64,000 bases of DNA, taken from positions 36,890,001-36,954,000 of the forward strand of contig OZ336881.1 of the NCBI GenBank assembly GCA_965287045.1. The letters are read 5' to 3'. A program made the translations under genes and the position numbers. The notes under the pieces are model-generated. The model searched no databases. It saw nothing but the letters and a program-made list of their open reading frames with translations, and was not told the DNA's origin. This document shows, in pieces, positions 37,620 to 49,832 of the stretch. The DNA is from Carcharhinus amblyrhynchos. Lineage: Eukaryota. Every line of letters starts with the position of its first letter. Positions within the stretch are counted from its first letter, which is position 1.

Positions 37620-39890
37620 CTAGAGTTTTGTCCAAACTTGGACCAAAGTTGCAATGAAGTCTGAAGCTGAGTGGAATCCAAACAGAGCATCAGTGAATGG
37701 TTTACGAGGGTGTAAATACCAACACTGTCAATTACATCTTCCATCACTTTGATGATGATTAGAATAGACTAATTGGAAGGTAATTGGCCAAATTTAATTT
37801 GTCCTGCTTTTTGTAGACAGGACACAACTGGGCAATTCTCCACATTGCCAGGTAGATGCCAGTATTGTACCTGTACTGAAGCAGCTTGACTGGTGATGCA
37901 CCTCGTTCTGAAGCACACCTCTTCAGCATTACAGCTGGGATGTTGCCAAACTGTACTCTGTTTAGTTTGGCATGAATGAAATTGGCTGAAGACTGTTAAG
38001 ATGCTGGGGACCTCAGGAGGTCTCAATGCCTTGTGACATTTCTGGTTGAAGGTTTTTGCAAACGTTTCAATCTTGCCTTTTCCACTGACTTTGCCCTCCA
38101 CAATCATTAATGATGGAGATGTTTGTGGAGCATTCTCCCCCGGTTAGTTGTTTAATTATCCATCAGCATTCATGCCTAGTTATGGCAGGATTCCAGAGTT
38201 TTGATCTGATCCATTGGTTGTGGGATTGCTGAACTTTGTCTATCGCATGCTGCTTCTGCTGTTTAGCATGCATGTAATCCTGTGCTGCAGCTGCAATAGG
38301 TTGGCTCATTTTTGATATGCCTGAATCTACCCCTGGCAAGCTCTCCTACACATTTCGTTGAGCCAGGTTCTCTCATGGTGGTTCTCTCACCACCTATTGC
38401 AGACCCAGTCTGGCAGATCAGTCCTTCAGGACTTGGCCAGGTCAACTAATAGTGGTGCTACTGCGCCGCTTTCAGTGGTGGGCAGTGGAGTCCCCCAAGC
38501 TGAGCATATTCTACGTCCATGCTACCCTCAGTACTTTTTCCAAGTGGTGTTCAACATGGAGGAGTACAGATTCATCAGTTGAGGAGTTGGCAGAGGAGGG
38601 AGGAGGGATCGGAAATGGTGGGTGATAATCAGCAGGATTTTTCCTCCCCACGTTTGACCTAGTCCTTGACTTTATGATGTTCGAGCTGTGATGAAAGGCA
38701 CTTATAACATGTAGAAATTGACACTCTGTTTTGAATTTACGATGTCAGTTGTGACTTTACAACGCCACGCCAGTGACTAAGTTCAACCATTCATCCATGC
38801 ACATTGCTGTTCTGCAGTGCACAACTCCTTGATTCAAAATGCTCAATTGCTTTTCCAACACATTTTTAACTTGGTGAATCTTTGTCTTTTCAAACTCTTT
38901 CTTAAAGTTTATATTTCGTGATATTAATTTATTGCTATATTACTGTCTTTGTAAATGATGGAGTACAACATTCTGGGTTAATCTGGTGAAATAAGGTATC
39001 GAACCTTGGTTCAAGTATCAACCCCCAATATATAACATTGTTTTTCTGGGAAAATCGGTTCTAAGTTATGACATTTCAAATTAACAGGTGGTTTTCAGGA
39101 ACCGATTGTGTTGTAGATTGAAGGACTTCCTGTATTTCAATGAAACTTCACGATGTCTGGAGTCACTGTTGAAGACCCCCAGAAACATTCCCTCCCAATT
39201 GTATACCACTGTGCCACCATCTGTTGTGGGACAAGACAAAACCAAGGATTGTTATGGATGAGTGTGGGATGTTGGCAGAAATGCATGATTCTGAGAGTAT
39301 GACTATAGCATGCTGTTGTTTGGCCAATCTGTGTGACAGCTCCCCCAATTTTGGTATGTCCCACAGTGTTACTCAGGAAGGCTTTGCGGAGTCAACATAA
39401 CTGGTGTGCCTTTGTCCTATCTAGCATCTAGGTCAATATTGAGTGGTCTGTCTAAGTTTTATTCTTATTTGACTTTTTTGTAACAGTGGTTCAATCAGCC
39501 ATTTCAGAATCAGCTATATTACTGTTGATCTGGCCACATATAAGCAAAAATGGGTTAGGATGACAGATTCCCTTCCCTAAAAGACATTAGTGAACCAGAT
39601 GGAATTTTTCATTAATCTGGTAGTTTCATAGTCATCATTAGTGATGCTAGCTTTTTATTCTAGATTTATTGAATTAATTGAATTCAATAAATTCTTCACT
39701 TGATGTGGTGGGATATTGAACTCCTTTTGAATTGAAGCATTAGTCCAGACCTTTAGATTGCTGATGATAGGTTAGCAATGGGCAACATTAACTTCATTTC
39801 TCTGTCTCTTCAGATGCTACCAAACCTGCTGATTATTTCCAGCCTTTTCTGTTTTACTCTGAATTAATACCAGTAATTTAACCACTATGA
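37620..39890 (-). mobile_element. Decayed CR1-group LINE with tRNA-like 5' head
   Basis: Minus strand gives AQLCPVYKKQDKLNLANY (RT N-terminus) and endonuclease-like remnants. 39480-39890 matches the tRNA-headed repeat family. Confidence 0.65.
38658..39136. mobile_element. Tigger/pogo-like MITE nested in the LINE
   Basis: Left end TAGTCCTTGACTTTATGATGTTCG. The right end reads (rc) TACAGGAAGTCCTTCAATCTACAACACAATCGGTTCC, typical of TcMar-Tigger TIRs with a TA site. Confidence 0.55.
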
Positions 39891-40769
39891 ATTTAGTATT
39901 AGTTCACATGCCACACAATATGTATACTTCCTTTTATCTTATGTATGAGCAATAGCCCAAGTACTAGATTAGCCTTATCTGAAGTTAAGCACATTTGTAA
40001 TTGCAACTAACATTTCCTACTCTACATCTTGTATACACCAGACCCCATGAATTAATATTTGTGTGCTAATTTTCACTTAGAAGGCAGTCAACCCTTAGGT
40101 TACCTCCTGAACTTGTACCGAAAATATTCTGTGGCAACGTTGATTCTGAACTTCGTTGCTTTGTCAACCTGTTTAGAAGATTCCTGTTTAAGATTATCTT
40201 AGTTCTTGTTTCACCTTCACACCTGCTTTAATTTATTCCCTGGTCAGTATATCGAATGGAAAAAAGGTGGTCTCATCTTAACTACCATGTAGTCGTCACA
40301 TTTACCTCTTTTTTTTCAACTCTTTTCACTGTGAAATAAATCATATGACCTGATGTTTGCACCTCATGAGAAAAATAACTTGTAAAACTATATACGTACC
40401 TATTTCAATGTTCACAAGTACATATAAAACGCTAAGTATCTTTGAACTTTGCAGAAGAAGTGTTTGTAATCGCATACATTTACTGTAAAGCTCAATTTAT
40501 TAAATATATTTTATTTCCTTCGGTGAACTAAAAATGCTTCCAATTTTAGTTTCCTAACCCGTTACTATTGTATCTGCGTCCGATGATTATTAACAACTTG
40601 TACTATCTGACTTAAACAGACGGGATTTGTTAATAGAAATTGTAACAGTGAGTTAACATTTGCAAAACTCATTTGAGCATTAATGTTTTTACATCACAAG
40701 CATCCAGACAAATCTCGAAGAAACGGGGACTTCTTGATGTCTTGAATATCTTATAATGACATAATTGTC

Positions 40770-41150
40770 TTAGCAACAGACCTCCCATAGATTGGCGCTT
40801 GACCAGACATCTAATACTGCTACTGTGTTTGATGTTTGCTGTGACCTAGTTCTGCGGCGGTGGGTGTACAGTGCTGCCTTTGCCCTGTTGATGGCGCGCG
40901 TTCATTACAAACTGCCGGACAGTGCAGCACCTCTGACAAAGAAACTCAAACTCCCTTTTTTCCCTCTCTGCCAATCTCCTCACCGCTGAAAGGCGTGCTC
41001 ACGCCTTATCTGAGCTGATCTAAAGAATAACTTATTCAATCTATCTACACAAAATTGAAATTGATCTTTATCGTTCGCTGTCTCTTTCTCTATTTGATCT
41101 GCAATATTCCTGATTAGCAATTGAGCACGGCACTCTTTCAAAACTAATCA
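40770..41150. promoter_or_regulatory. Candidate conserved non-coding enhancer upstream of BCL11A
   Basis: Unique, CpG-retaining, motif-dense sequence (TTTGATG TCF-like, GATA CTTATCT, homeobox cores) at the edge of the TE-free zone. Conservation was not tested. Confidence 0.35.
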
Positions 41151-44100
41151 TATGTGGGGTAGAACGATTCTTAAGAACTGGTAGTCGCAAAGAAAAAACA
41201 AACTATTTAAATGATCAGCAAACTTTTGTTTCAAACCATGTTCAGGGTAAAATATGTTCAGATACTATTAGGGAAAATAACTAAATATAAACGTTATACA
41301 CTGAATACACGCCCACATATATGTGTATATAAATCTTAGAGCTACATTAGAAAGTATATCATGGTATCTCTTTGTAATAGGAATAATATTGTAAATTTAA
41401 CCTGCAATATAGCGGTGCAATATATCAGTTTACATATTTCCATTTGAACCACAGCGCTGCATAGCCCCGTTTAAAATAAATTTCATTTTTGCTAAGTTGA
41501 TTTGACTGACTTTTATTTGTTCGTTTCCCTAGATTTCAAAGGTGAGGGGTTTTGGCTGAGTTGCCGGATCTTCGGCCACTTCACACGCGAGAAATGCTGA
41601 AGGAACACCAATCTTCCGAATCAAAATCCCGCTTTTCACGCGTGAGATAAATTTGTGGTCCCATGTGTGTGATCACAGCCTCCTCATTTGTCATCATAAC
41701 AACCGTTTAGTGTAAAATTAACAACAACTTAACTACACCAGTTATAAACAAGATCATGCATTACGATAGATTGATGGACAGTGGGCAGCAATAATCAGCC
41801 AAGTATGGAGTGAAACAAACGATTTTTAAAACAAAAGTAAAATATACCGAGTTTAAGACTTTTCACGTGCCAGGGTTCTGATTTGACAGGTGAATATATG
41901 CTGTAAATTCATGCGCAAAAAATAACATGTTTTATGCGCCTTTCTAAACGTATTTTATTTCAGAATCTTAAATTCATTTTTTTAAGAACCTGAGTAACAT
42001 TCACACATATTGCACCGTTCAAGAGTGACTTGTGTAGTTATGTATAACTTAAATGCCCGAATTCATGTATAAGTAGTTTGTTTTTATAAATTATTACATA
42101 CTGCATATTAATCTATTGCAATATAGTACATTTCAATGGCGTGGAAGAAACGTCTAAACTTTGCTTTTTTCTTATCACACAACAGTATTGTCCACTTAAA
42201 ATGTGTAAAATGTAATGTAATTTATCGTTAGGGAGAATGGGACTGCCTATGTTATGTATTCATATGTCTTAGTAACAAATCCTGTCAACAAACACTGTAA
42301 AAAAACGAATTAAAGGAAATGGCCAAAACATATCAAATTTATTCAAATACTTTTTCTGGTCAAGTAATCCGTTTTGATTACTGCTAATGCTTGCCAAAAC
42401 CCGGATCATATACCCACCCCGTTACACAGTATGATAATGCCCAGTGCGAAATCTTCACATTAATATTCATTGCCAGCCACCGATTTAAAGCTGTTCTGAT
42501 AAGTGAATTGCCAGATCTGACGATTGTCTTTAAAATACATATCCTGCCGTAGATGAGATTTTAAGTTAATTTTTTTTATTTTAAACCACTGAAATGTTAA
42601 ATAACAACAATCAATATCTTTTATGCAATTGTTCTATGATTCCAGCTTTATGTGGGTACCACCAAAGATCTGCTTATATATAGAGGCATATAGATATATC
42701 AGAAAGACAACAAAGCATTATGTAACATCACGATCAGTTGACGAAAGATTATTGGTTACGAGGTGTGCACAGGTGGGCTAAATATTACACTTTACTGAAA
42801 AGTTCAGGTGTTTTTTTTAAATGACTTCGGGAGCTTTGGCTATTTGGAACGATTTCAATGTGTCCTGTAGCGGTTAGCGGGATGTATGCAATCAATTTAG
42901 ATTCTGATCAATACTTTATTTAGAAATAAATCCATGTCCTTATTCCATCCATCCCAGCGCCCAAAATATAATTACCTTGCTTGCTAGACACACTGTGTCT
43001 CACAATACAACTTGATATGACAGTAGAAAGAAACTCTAACAAATGTCAAGTTTTTATTTTGCAATGGCAAGTTCCATGATATATTACTGCCCAAATACAT
43101 GAAGTCTAGGAACACTCTGAGACACGTTTTGACCCAATATTCTAAATAGTTGGAAGATGTTTCCAAAGAAGTAATGCAATTCGAAGTGAATCTCCTATGT
43201 AAAGTGGTAGCTGGTCGTTTAATAATGTGCAGCAGTGTTGTTATTAAGAATGTTTTGTGTGCCGGTGCATGACTATAATTCAACTCTAACAACAGACTGG
43301 CTGAGTGGGGTCCCCCTGAAAGGGTCGATGCAGGGCTTGGCAAACGTAACCTCTTGGCTCTATGCGCCGTCCATCTGTCTGCACTTGAGTCCAGACAGAT
43401 TCAATAGGTCCTTGTATGCTTATGTCTGGCCGCAAAAAGGTGAAATGGTCTGTATTAAGACTAGCTAACTGTTCAAGTGTTTATCATAGTAGTGACCGTT
43501 GGATTAAAAGAAACTTAAAATGATGTCCAAGAATGGTGTCTCTCGTGATGTGTGGGCATTCCAGGAAATTAAAAGCAAATAGTTAATAGTGTCTTCGTAA
43601 ATAAAACACACCTAGACAATATGTGGACCGACAAAACACCTGTAAATACATTGAAATGGAGGGGATAGTAAATGAGATATACGATGCTATTATTAAAACA
43701 CAAATTAACTTATATTTTTAAATTGCCCATCAATGAAATTTAAAAGATTGTTAGATTTGACTTTTTAGTGAATAACTTTCTGTTGAGACAAAATGTAATC
43801 AATGACTCCTGGTAGGAAATGATATACATAAACCTAAGAAGTCCGATAAGACATAAAGACATTAGGATCCAGTAAATACGATACTGTGCTATAAATTGTA
43901 CAAAAGCCAGTTGGTGAGCAGTAGAAAGAGGATATGCAAACGATAAAACATAGTCGCAAGAAAATATTGAAGTGACACATATGTGGGGCAACTTTGACAT
44001 TTGGATGTGCAGTTCTAAAAAGTTAGGGAAAAGAAAATAAATGCAGCATGGCACAACCGGTTTCTCATTCCTGTAAGGTTGCTATAGTTTGCAAGAGATG

Positions 44101-45229
44101 ATCCCTAGGTTTTGGTGGAGTGGGAGGAGAGAGGAGAATGCTCACGGTATATCCAAGCTAATGAAAGGTACTTGTTTTCATCTTATTTGGTGAAAGCCAA
44201 AATCCAGTTTTACAAGTTTCTTTTTTTTCACACCTGGACGGCAGGGCGGGGGAGGGAAGGAGGGGGGAGAGCAATACAGATCCAGCTACAGACAAAACAA
44301 TCTTTGTTGTACTACTACCTCTCGGTTGCCTGTCTCATCTTGAACAAAGGCAATGAATATTATAGCACCAGATCCATATGTATAACATAACACACAGCAT
44401 GCATGCCACCAATTACGTTTGGATTGTACAGCAGGGGCATTTCAAATGCTACACTTTCTCACTCAATTTTGTATGCCGAGACACACATCTTTTGTTCGCG
44501 ATTAGTTTTGGTACAAAGCCTACACGATTTGCACTTCTGAATATAGTGCAAACGTCATCTGAGCGCTTTCTGCTCAAGTGCCTCCTAATATGTGGGATGG
44601 AATATGGGAGCTTGTAATTGACACTCATTTTTACTGGCAAGCGCTGGCACGTCTTCAAGACTCTGTAGACAATACAGAAAACATCGCTAACTTCGCCTTT
44701 ATCTTCAATAGGTACTGCGGCGAACCTGTGCAGTAAAGCTCGTCGGATGTGTGGTAATGAGAAAAAAATGTGGCCGAAAGTGTTGTATTATTGTTAATAG
44801 ATCAGTCTTGTCAGCGGACAGACATCAAACAGTGCTCTCAGTTTAATGTACTGAAAGCGAGTAAAGTCGCATGTTGCCACAACTGTCCACTAACCCAAAA
44901 TACAATAGTTCATTCAAATTTATAATCTCTTTTGCAACAAAAACGCGCTTCGAAGTTAGATATCCGCGAGCAAATCAATTAGTTAATCAAGCATTAGTTG
45001 TCATGTTACAAACTAAGACTCTGCCTTTATCATCCTGACAATTGAATTAAACTTTCGAATTATGCATGCTGTTGACCACTGACCGCAGCAGCTATGTAGA
45101 TTATGCAAAACATTTGATTACAATCAGCAACTACAAGGCCCTGATCACCGAGCAAAGGTTGGCGGCGGTGGGGTGGGTGTGTATGTGTTGGGGGGGGGGG
45201 GGGTGTAACTTCTGCAAATACCCGGTGAG

Positions 45230-46350
45230 AAAACAATAAAAAAAGAGTACATTTACTGAATGATCGAGGGAGAAAAAAATAATGACAAAACAGCAGAGTG
45301 ATTTGATTTATTTTGCGAGTGGGTCGCGACTGTTAATGCCTGATCATTTACATATTGAAATGCGACCAAGCGGACACTCAATTTTCCTGCCCATGTTTTG
45401 CACATGGCTCTCTCGATTTTCAAGCAGCCAGGTTACCTCGCAACGCCCCTTGAGGAGGTCAGGCGGTCGATTCCGCGTTGATCAATTTTGACTGCAAGGC
45501 ATCAACATTATGAAAAACACCCTGGCACCAGATGGAGCGAGGTCTAGGTAAAGGTCAAGGTTAGCTCAGCCTGCTATTGAATCGGCTGCGTGATAGATCG
45601 TTGACTTGCTTTGCTCGGAGGCACCCATAGGGGTTTCTGCGAATAAAAGGAGTCACAAGTGAAACGCTTCGACGCTGCTCTGAATGCTAAAATAATTATT
45701 AGGATGCATTAAAAACGAGTAGCCAAATTCTTCTTTGAGAAAATATATACACACACACACACAGATCCGCGCTCGGAACATTTACTAAGCAAATCAGCCG
45801 ACTTTGAATACACAACTCCAGTCACTGGGTACATGGCATAAAGTTATAATTACTGAGCTAATCAAAAGATGGAATTAATTTCTTCACTACGGACTTGTCC
45901 ACAAAGTGATCATCAGATTCGCAGTTGAATGCGTCCACCGTTCCCCCCAACCACCATCTCTCCTCACTCTCCCTGCCATTCGAGCGGGTAGTGGGGAATG
46001 ATTGTGCTGGGTCCGAATCGCAGACGGCGGACATTACACACAAAAGTAACTTTTATTTGCCCACGTCGCTAATGTAAATCGCGAAAGTATAGAAGAGACG
46101 GGGGCGGGGTGGAGGGGAGTTGGTTGGTGTGGGCTACGTTGTTTGCCTGAGACTGGGCAATGCATGGATCAGCTAACTCAGTTTAGTAACTACTGGACAA
46201 GATGGCAGATAAAAGCTGACCAGGTTAGCAGCCAGCCAGCTCCCAGATGCAGATTAGATCAGAAATCATTTTGCATTAGAAGTGGGGGAGGTCTGCTCGA
46301 AGAAACTTGGCTCTGGCAGTTCTGCAGCTCTTTGCCCTCGCTCACTATAA
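45230..46350. promoter_or_regulatory. Candidate upstream enhancer cluster
   Basis: TGATTTAT Pbx-Hox-like site (~45305), phased AGGTnn x4 (45540-45563), AGATAA and CAGATG (~46206-46250). Confidence 0.4.
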
Positions 46351-48095
46351 ATTTACAGGACCCTCTCCTGCAGAAAACCGCACGTTTAAAAAAAATCAAC
46401 CTACAGTCATTTAGAACCCTTGCAGATGGGAAATGTACTTTCACCGTTTTAAAAGAAGTGCCATCCACCCTGAGTTTAAGAGTTATAAAACCATTTTGTT
46501 TTATATCCATGACTTTAAGTAACCTAACTTCCTCGTGTAAGAGGGATGGTACAGCTGCAACCGCAGATCTTACCGGATCGTTGAGTGTCAGTAAAAATAG
46601 TTAACCCTTCAACCACTTGCTCCAGCTGGTGAAAAGAAAAAAAATGGCGCAGTTTCTGTTAACATATCTTACCATTGATCACAAATGAGTTCAATTTCAC
46701 TTCTGCTGCCTGAACTGTTTGGTTGGCCATATTCACGTTCGGGGCTCTCCAGCTAAAAGCATTTAGACTTCATAAAAAAAAGCACCATCATATACACAAG
46801 GTTACGGTGGGGGGTTGGGGGGGAGCACATTCATACTTCATGGAAACAATGACTTTAAACGACTCTGAAATCTTCCATATTATACAGTCCCTGTTGCATC
46901 AGTACAGATTTATTGAGCAGTACAAGTTTTATAAAAACAAGATTCTTTAAACTCTCTACCCCGCAAGCAATCTCGCTGCATTCCCCAATCCTGGATCCGC
47001 GCGAAAATAAATTCTTCCTTATTTACCGTTCCCTAATTGCAAAGCATTATGTTACACATGATCTTTTTCTAGTTTGTTGTGCAAATTTTATTTTAAATCA
47101 ACATGGAAGGGCTGATTTGGAAAAAAATGTTTTATTTCATATTGATTTACTAGACTTCCAGCCATCGTATTTAATGAAACCATCCAAGTATCACCAAGGG
47201 CAACAGGATTAACATAAAATCATTTTTCCCTTTAAAAAAATCATGTGCTTTGAAATGTTATTACTTTTTAAAATAAAACGGTCGATGCAGGTGCAAAATC
47301 TTCAAAGGTTACTCGAACACTTTTTTCTCACCTCGCATAAATGAGAAGGGCCGTATGTGTATCTTGAAATGAGAAGCAGCATGGCTATTTTAAACACGAT
47401 TTGCATTCAACTCAAATACCTGCAACTAAAATACCTGCAAATCCATTGAAAAATGAGAATGAACTGTGTGAAGATCAATTATCAAGCCGTTCTGCGTTTA
47501 ACATACTGTATAGAATGAGCGACACAAAGGGTAGAGAAATAATAGGATTAACATGTTCACTTTATATTTTATATTCACGTTACTTGATGCATTTCCACAG
47601 TCTTGTGAAATATCCACCGATAAGTGACCGAAAATAAGAGACCTGGTTAACAGGTAACGTCACGGAAATAGACTGTCGAGGACACTCATTTTATTTTACA
47701 AAATGAACATGATATAATATATACATTTTAAAAGAAACACATACACACATAAAGGGTCAGCAACCTCCAGGAGCAGTTGGTTTTGTGTTAGAAAGTGAAA
47801 GAAACCCATTGACTAGATTTATGATTTTAATTTAAAATAATATACAAATGTAAATATCTGTTGTCTGTCCAAGTGCACAATCTGGCTCACGTGTACGCCG
47901 TCGACATTTCAGTAGTCTGGAATTCTAACACCCCGCTTTGCTATTTATATACCACGAAACACTTTGCAAACCTGGTCCATTCTCTCTCCCCCCACCACCC
48001 CTCCCCTACTCCCCTAAAAAGAAATGAACTCTTGTGAATAATGTCATCCTTCTGCTGCGAGTTGACAAATAATAACGGACGCAGTCAAAATAACT

Positions 48096-48380
48096 GTGTG
48101 TTTGTGTGTGTGTGTATGCCTTCTTCCTGATAGCCCTGCTTGTACTTGTGCAGAACACGAATGTTAAGCTTTTTTGGAGTGCATTTGACCAGTCGCCCTG
48201 TGCCCATGAGTTGCAGGCAGTTTGGGGGTTGTGTGTGTGTGTGTGTGTGTGTGTGGGGGGGTGGGTGGGAAAGATGGGTGGCTGGCATGGTGGTTTGGGG
48301 GGGGGTGGGGAGTATTGGAGTGTTTTTTGAGAGAGAGAGGAGGAGGTGCTGTGGATGGGTGGAGGGGGGGGGGGGGGGAA
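48096..48380. repeat. (GT)n microsatellites and G-runs in the proximal promoter
   Basis: (TG)n at ~48096-48115 and ~48230-48255, with multiple G4+ runs to 48378. Confidence 0.85.
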
Positions 48381-48539
48381 TGATGGATTGATTGGAAAGC
48401 TGCCTGGAGCTGCTATTGGGTAAGCTGTAGCAGTGAGTGTGAGTGTGAGTGTGTGTCTCTGATCAGTGGGCTTTGTCCAGCCCCGTGTCCCTGGGTATGT
48501 ATCATTGGCTTGCTGTCTCCTCTCGCCCTGCCCAGCCAC

Positions 48540-48729
48540 CTCCTGACGTTCAAGTTCGCGGGCACGTCACGTACGCACTTGAACTTGGTGGTTTTAAAGC
48601 CATGACGGCTATCCCACAATCCATCTCCAGCCGCCATCTTTGTATTATTTCTAATTTATTTTATGTCAAGCCATTGATGAAGATATTTTCTCTGGAGTCT
48701 CCTTCTTCCCGCTCCCGATGTGACCGAGC
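48540..48729 (+). other. BCL11A: BCL11A 5' UTR with uORFs (uATGs at 48602, 48663, 48677, 48718)
   Basis: Blocks CTCCTGACGTTCAAGTTCGC, AAAGCCATGACGGCT, GCCATCTTTGTATTATTTCTAATTTATTTT, GATGAAGATATTTTCTCTGGAGTCTCCTTCTT and CTCCCGATGTGA match my recollection of the human BCL11A leader. The TSS is not defined. Confidence 0.75.
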
Positions 48730-48784
48730 ATGTCTCGCCGCAAGCAAGGCAACCCTCAGCACTTGAGTAAACGGGAATTTTCAC
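48730..48784 (+). CDS. BCL11A: BCL11A coding exon 1 (MSRRKQGNPQHLSKREFS-P; NuRD-binding motif)
   Basis: 55-nt CDS followed by donor C|GTGAGT. MSRRKQxxP motif; SKREFSP is BCL11A-type (BCL11B has SQRELIT). Confidence 0.97.
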
Positions 48785-49164
48785 GTGAGTAGCTTTTGGG
48801 GGGAAATTTTTTTTTCTTCTTGTTTGTTGTTACTTTTCTCTCCCCCCCCCCACCGATTTTTCTTTTTTTAAAAAAAAATAAATTATGAAAAGGGGAGGAA
48901 GGGAAGAAGAGAGAAAATCAAAGCTGGTGGTTGCCCTCTTAGGAAAGTGGAGGTAGTTTAGTGAGGAAAGGTTTGGGGGGGGGGGGGGGGGAGCGCCGGG
49001 CTGTCCGGACCGTTTGACAGCAAGTGGCCGGAGAGAGGGAGCGGGACAGCGGCTGGAGTCCGAGACCCCCCCCTGCCCCCCCCCCAGCCCGCGCCTGTTT
49101 CAGCTGCAACCCCCCCCCCCCCTCCTTCCTCCTCACAAACTCCTTGTCCGAAAGTGCCGGTCAA

Positions 49165-49832
49165 CCCCGCTCCGGACACTCTCCCCTCCTCAACCCGGCG
49201 GACACACTCTCTCCTCAGCCCCGCTCCGGACACTCAGCCCCGCTCCGGACACTCTCTCCCCTTCCTCAGCCCCGCTCCGGACACACTCTCCCCTTCCTCA
49301 GCCCCGCTCCGGACACTCTCCCCCCTTCCTCAGCCCCGCTCCGGACACTCTCCCCTTCCTCAGCCCCGCTCCGGACACTTCCCCCCTTCCTCAGCTCCGC
49401 TCCGGACACTTCCCCCCTTCCTCAGCCCCGCTCCGGACACTCTCCCCCCTTCCTCAGCCCCGCTCCGGACACACTCTCCCCTTCCTCAGCCCCGCTCCGG
49501 ACACACTCTCCCCTTCCTCAGCCCCGCTCCGGACACTCTTCCCCCTTCCTCAGCCCCGCTCCGGACACACTCTCCCCTTCCTCAGCCCCGCTCCGGACAC
49601 ACACTCCCCTTCCTCAGCCCCGCTCCGGACACTCTCCCCCCTTCCTCAGCCCCGCTCCGGACACTCTCTCCCCTTCCTCAGCCCCGCTCCGGCCACTCTC
49701 CCCTTCCTCAGCTCCGCTCCGGACACTCTCCCCCCTTCCTCAGCCCCGCTCCGGACACTCTCCCTCCTTCCTCAGCCCCGCTCCGGACACTCTCTCCCCC
49801 TTCCTCAGCCCCGCTCCGGACACTCTCAGCCC
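49165..49832 (+). repeat. Minisatellite, ~21 copies of 30-32 nt ACACTCTCCCCCTTCCTCAGCCCCGCTCCGG
   Basis: Directly visible tandem array with CTCCGG recurring every ~31-32 nt. Confidence 0.97.

Noticed and set aside
49165-49832. CRISPR-like array of ~32-nt repeats
   Set aside because: Units are contiguous with no unique spacers, there are no cas genes, and the DNA is vertebrate.
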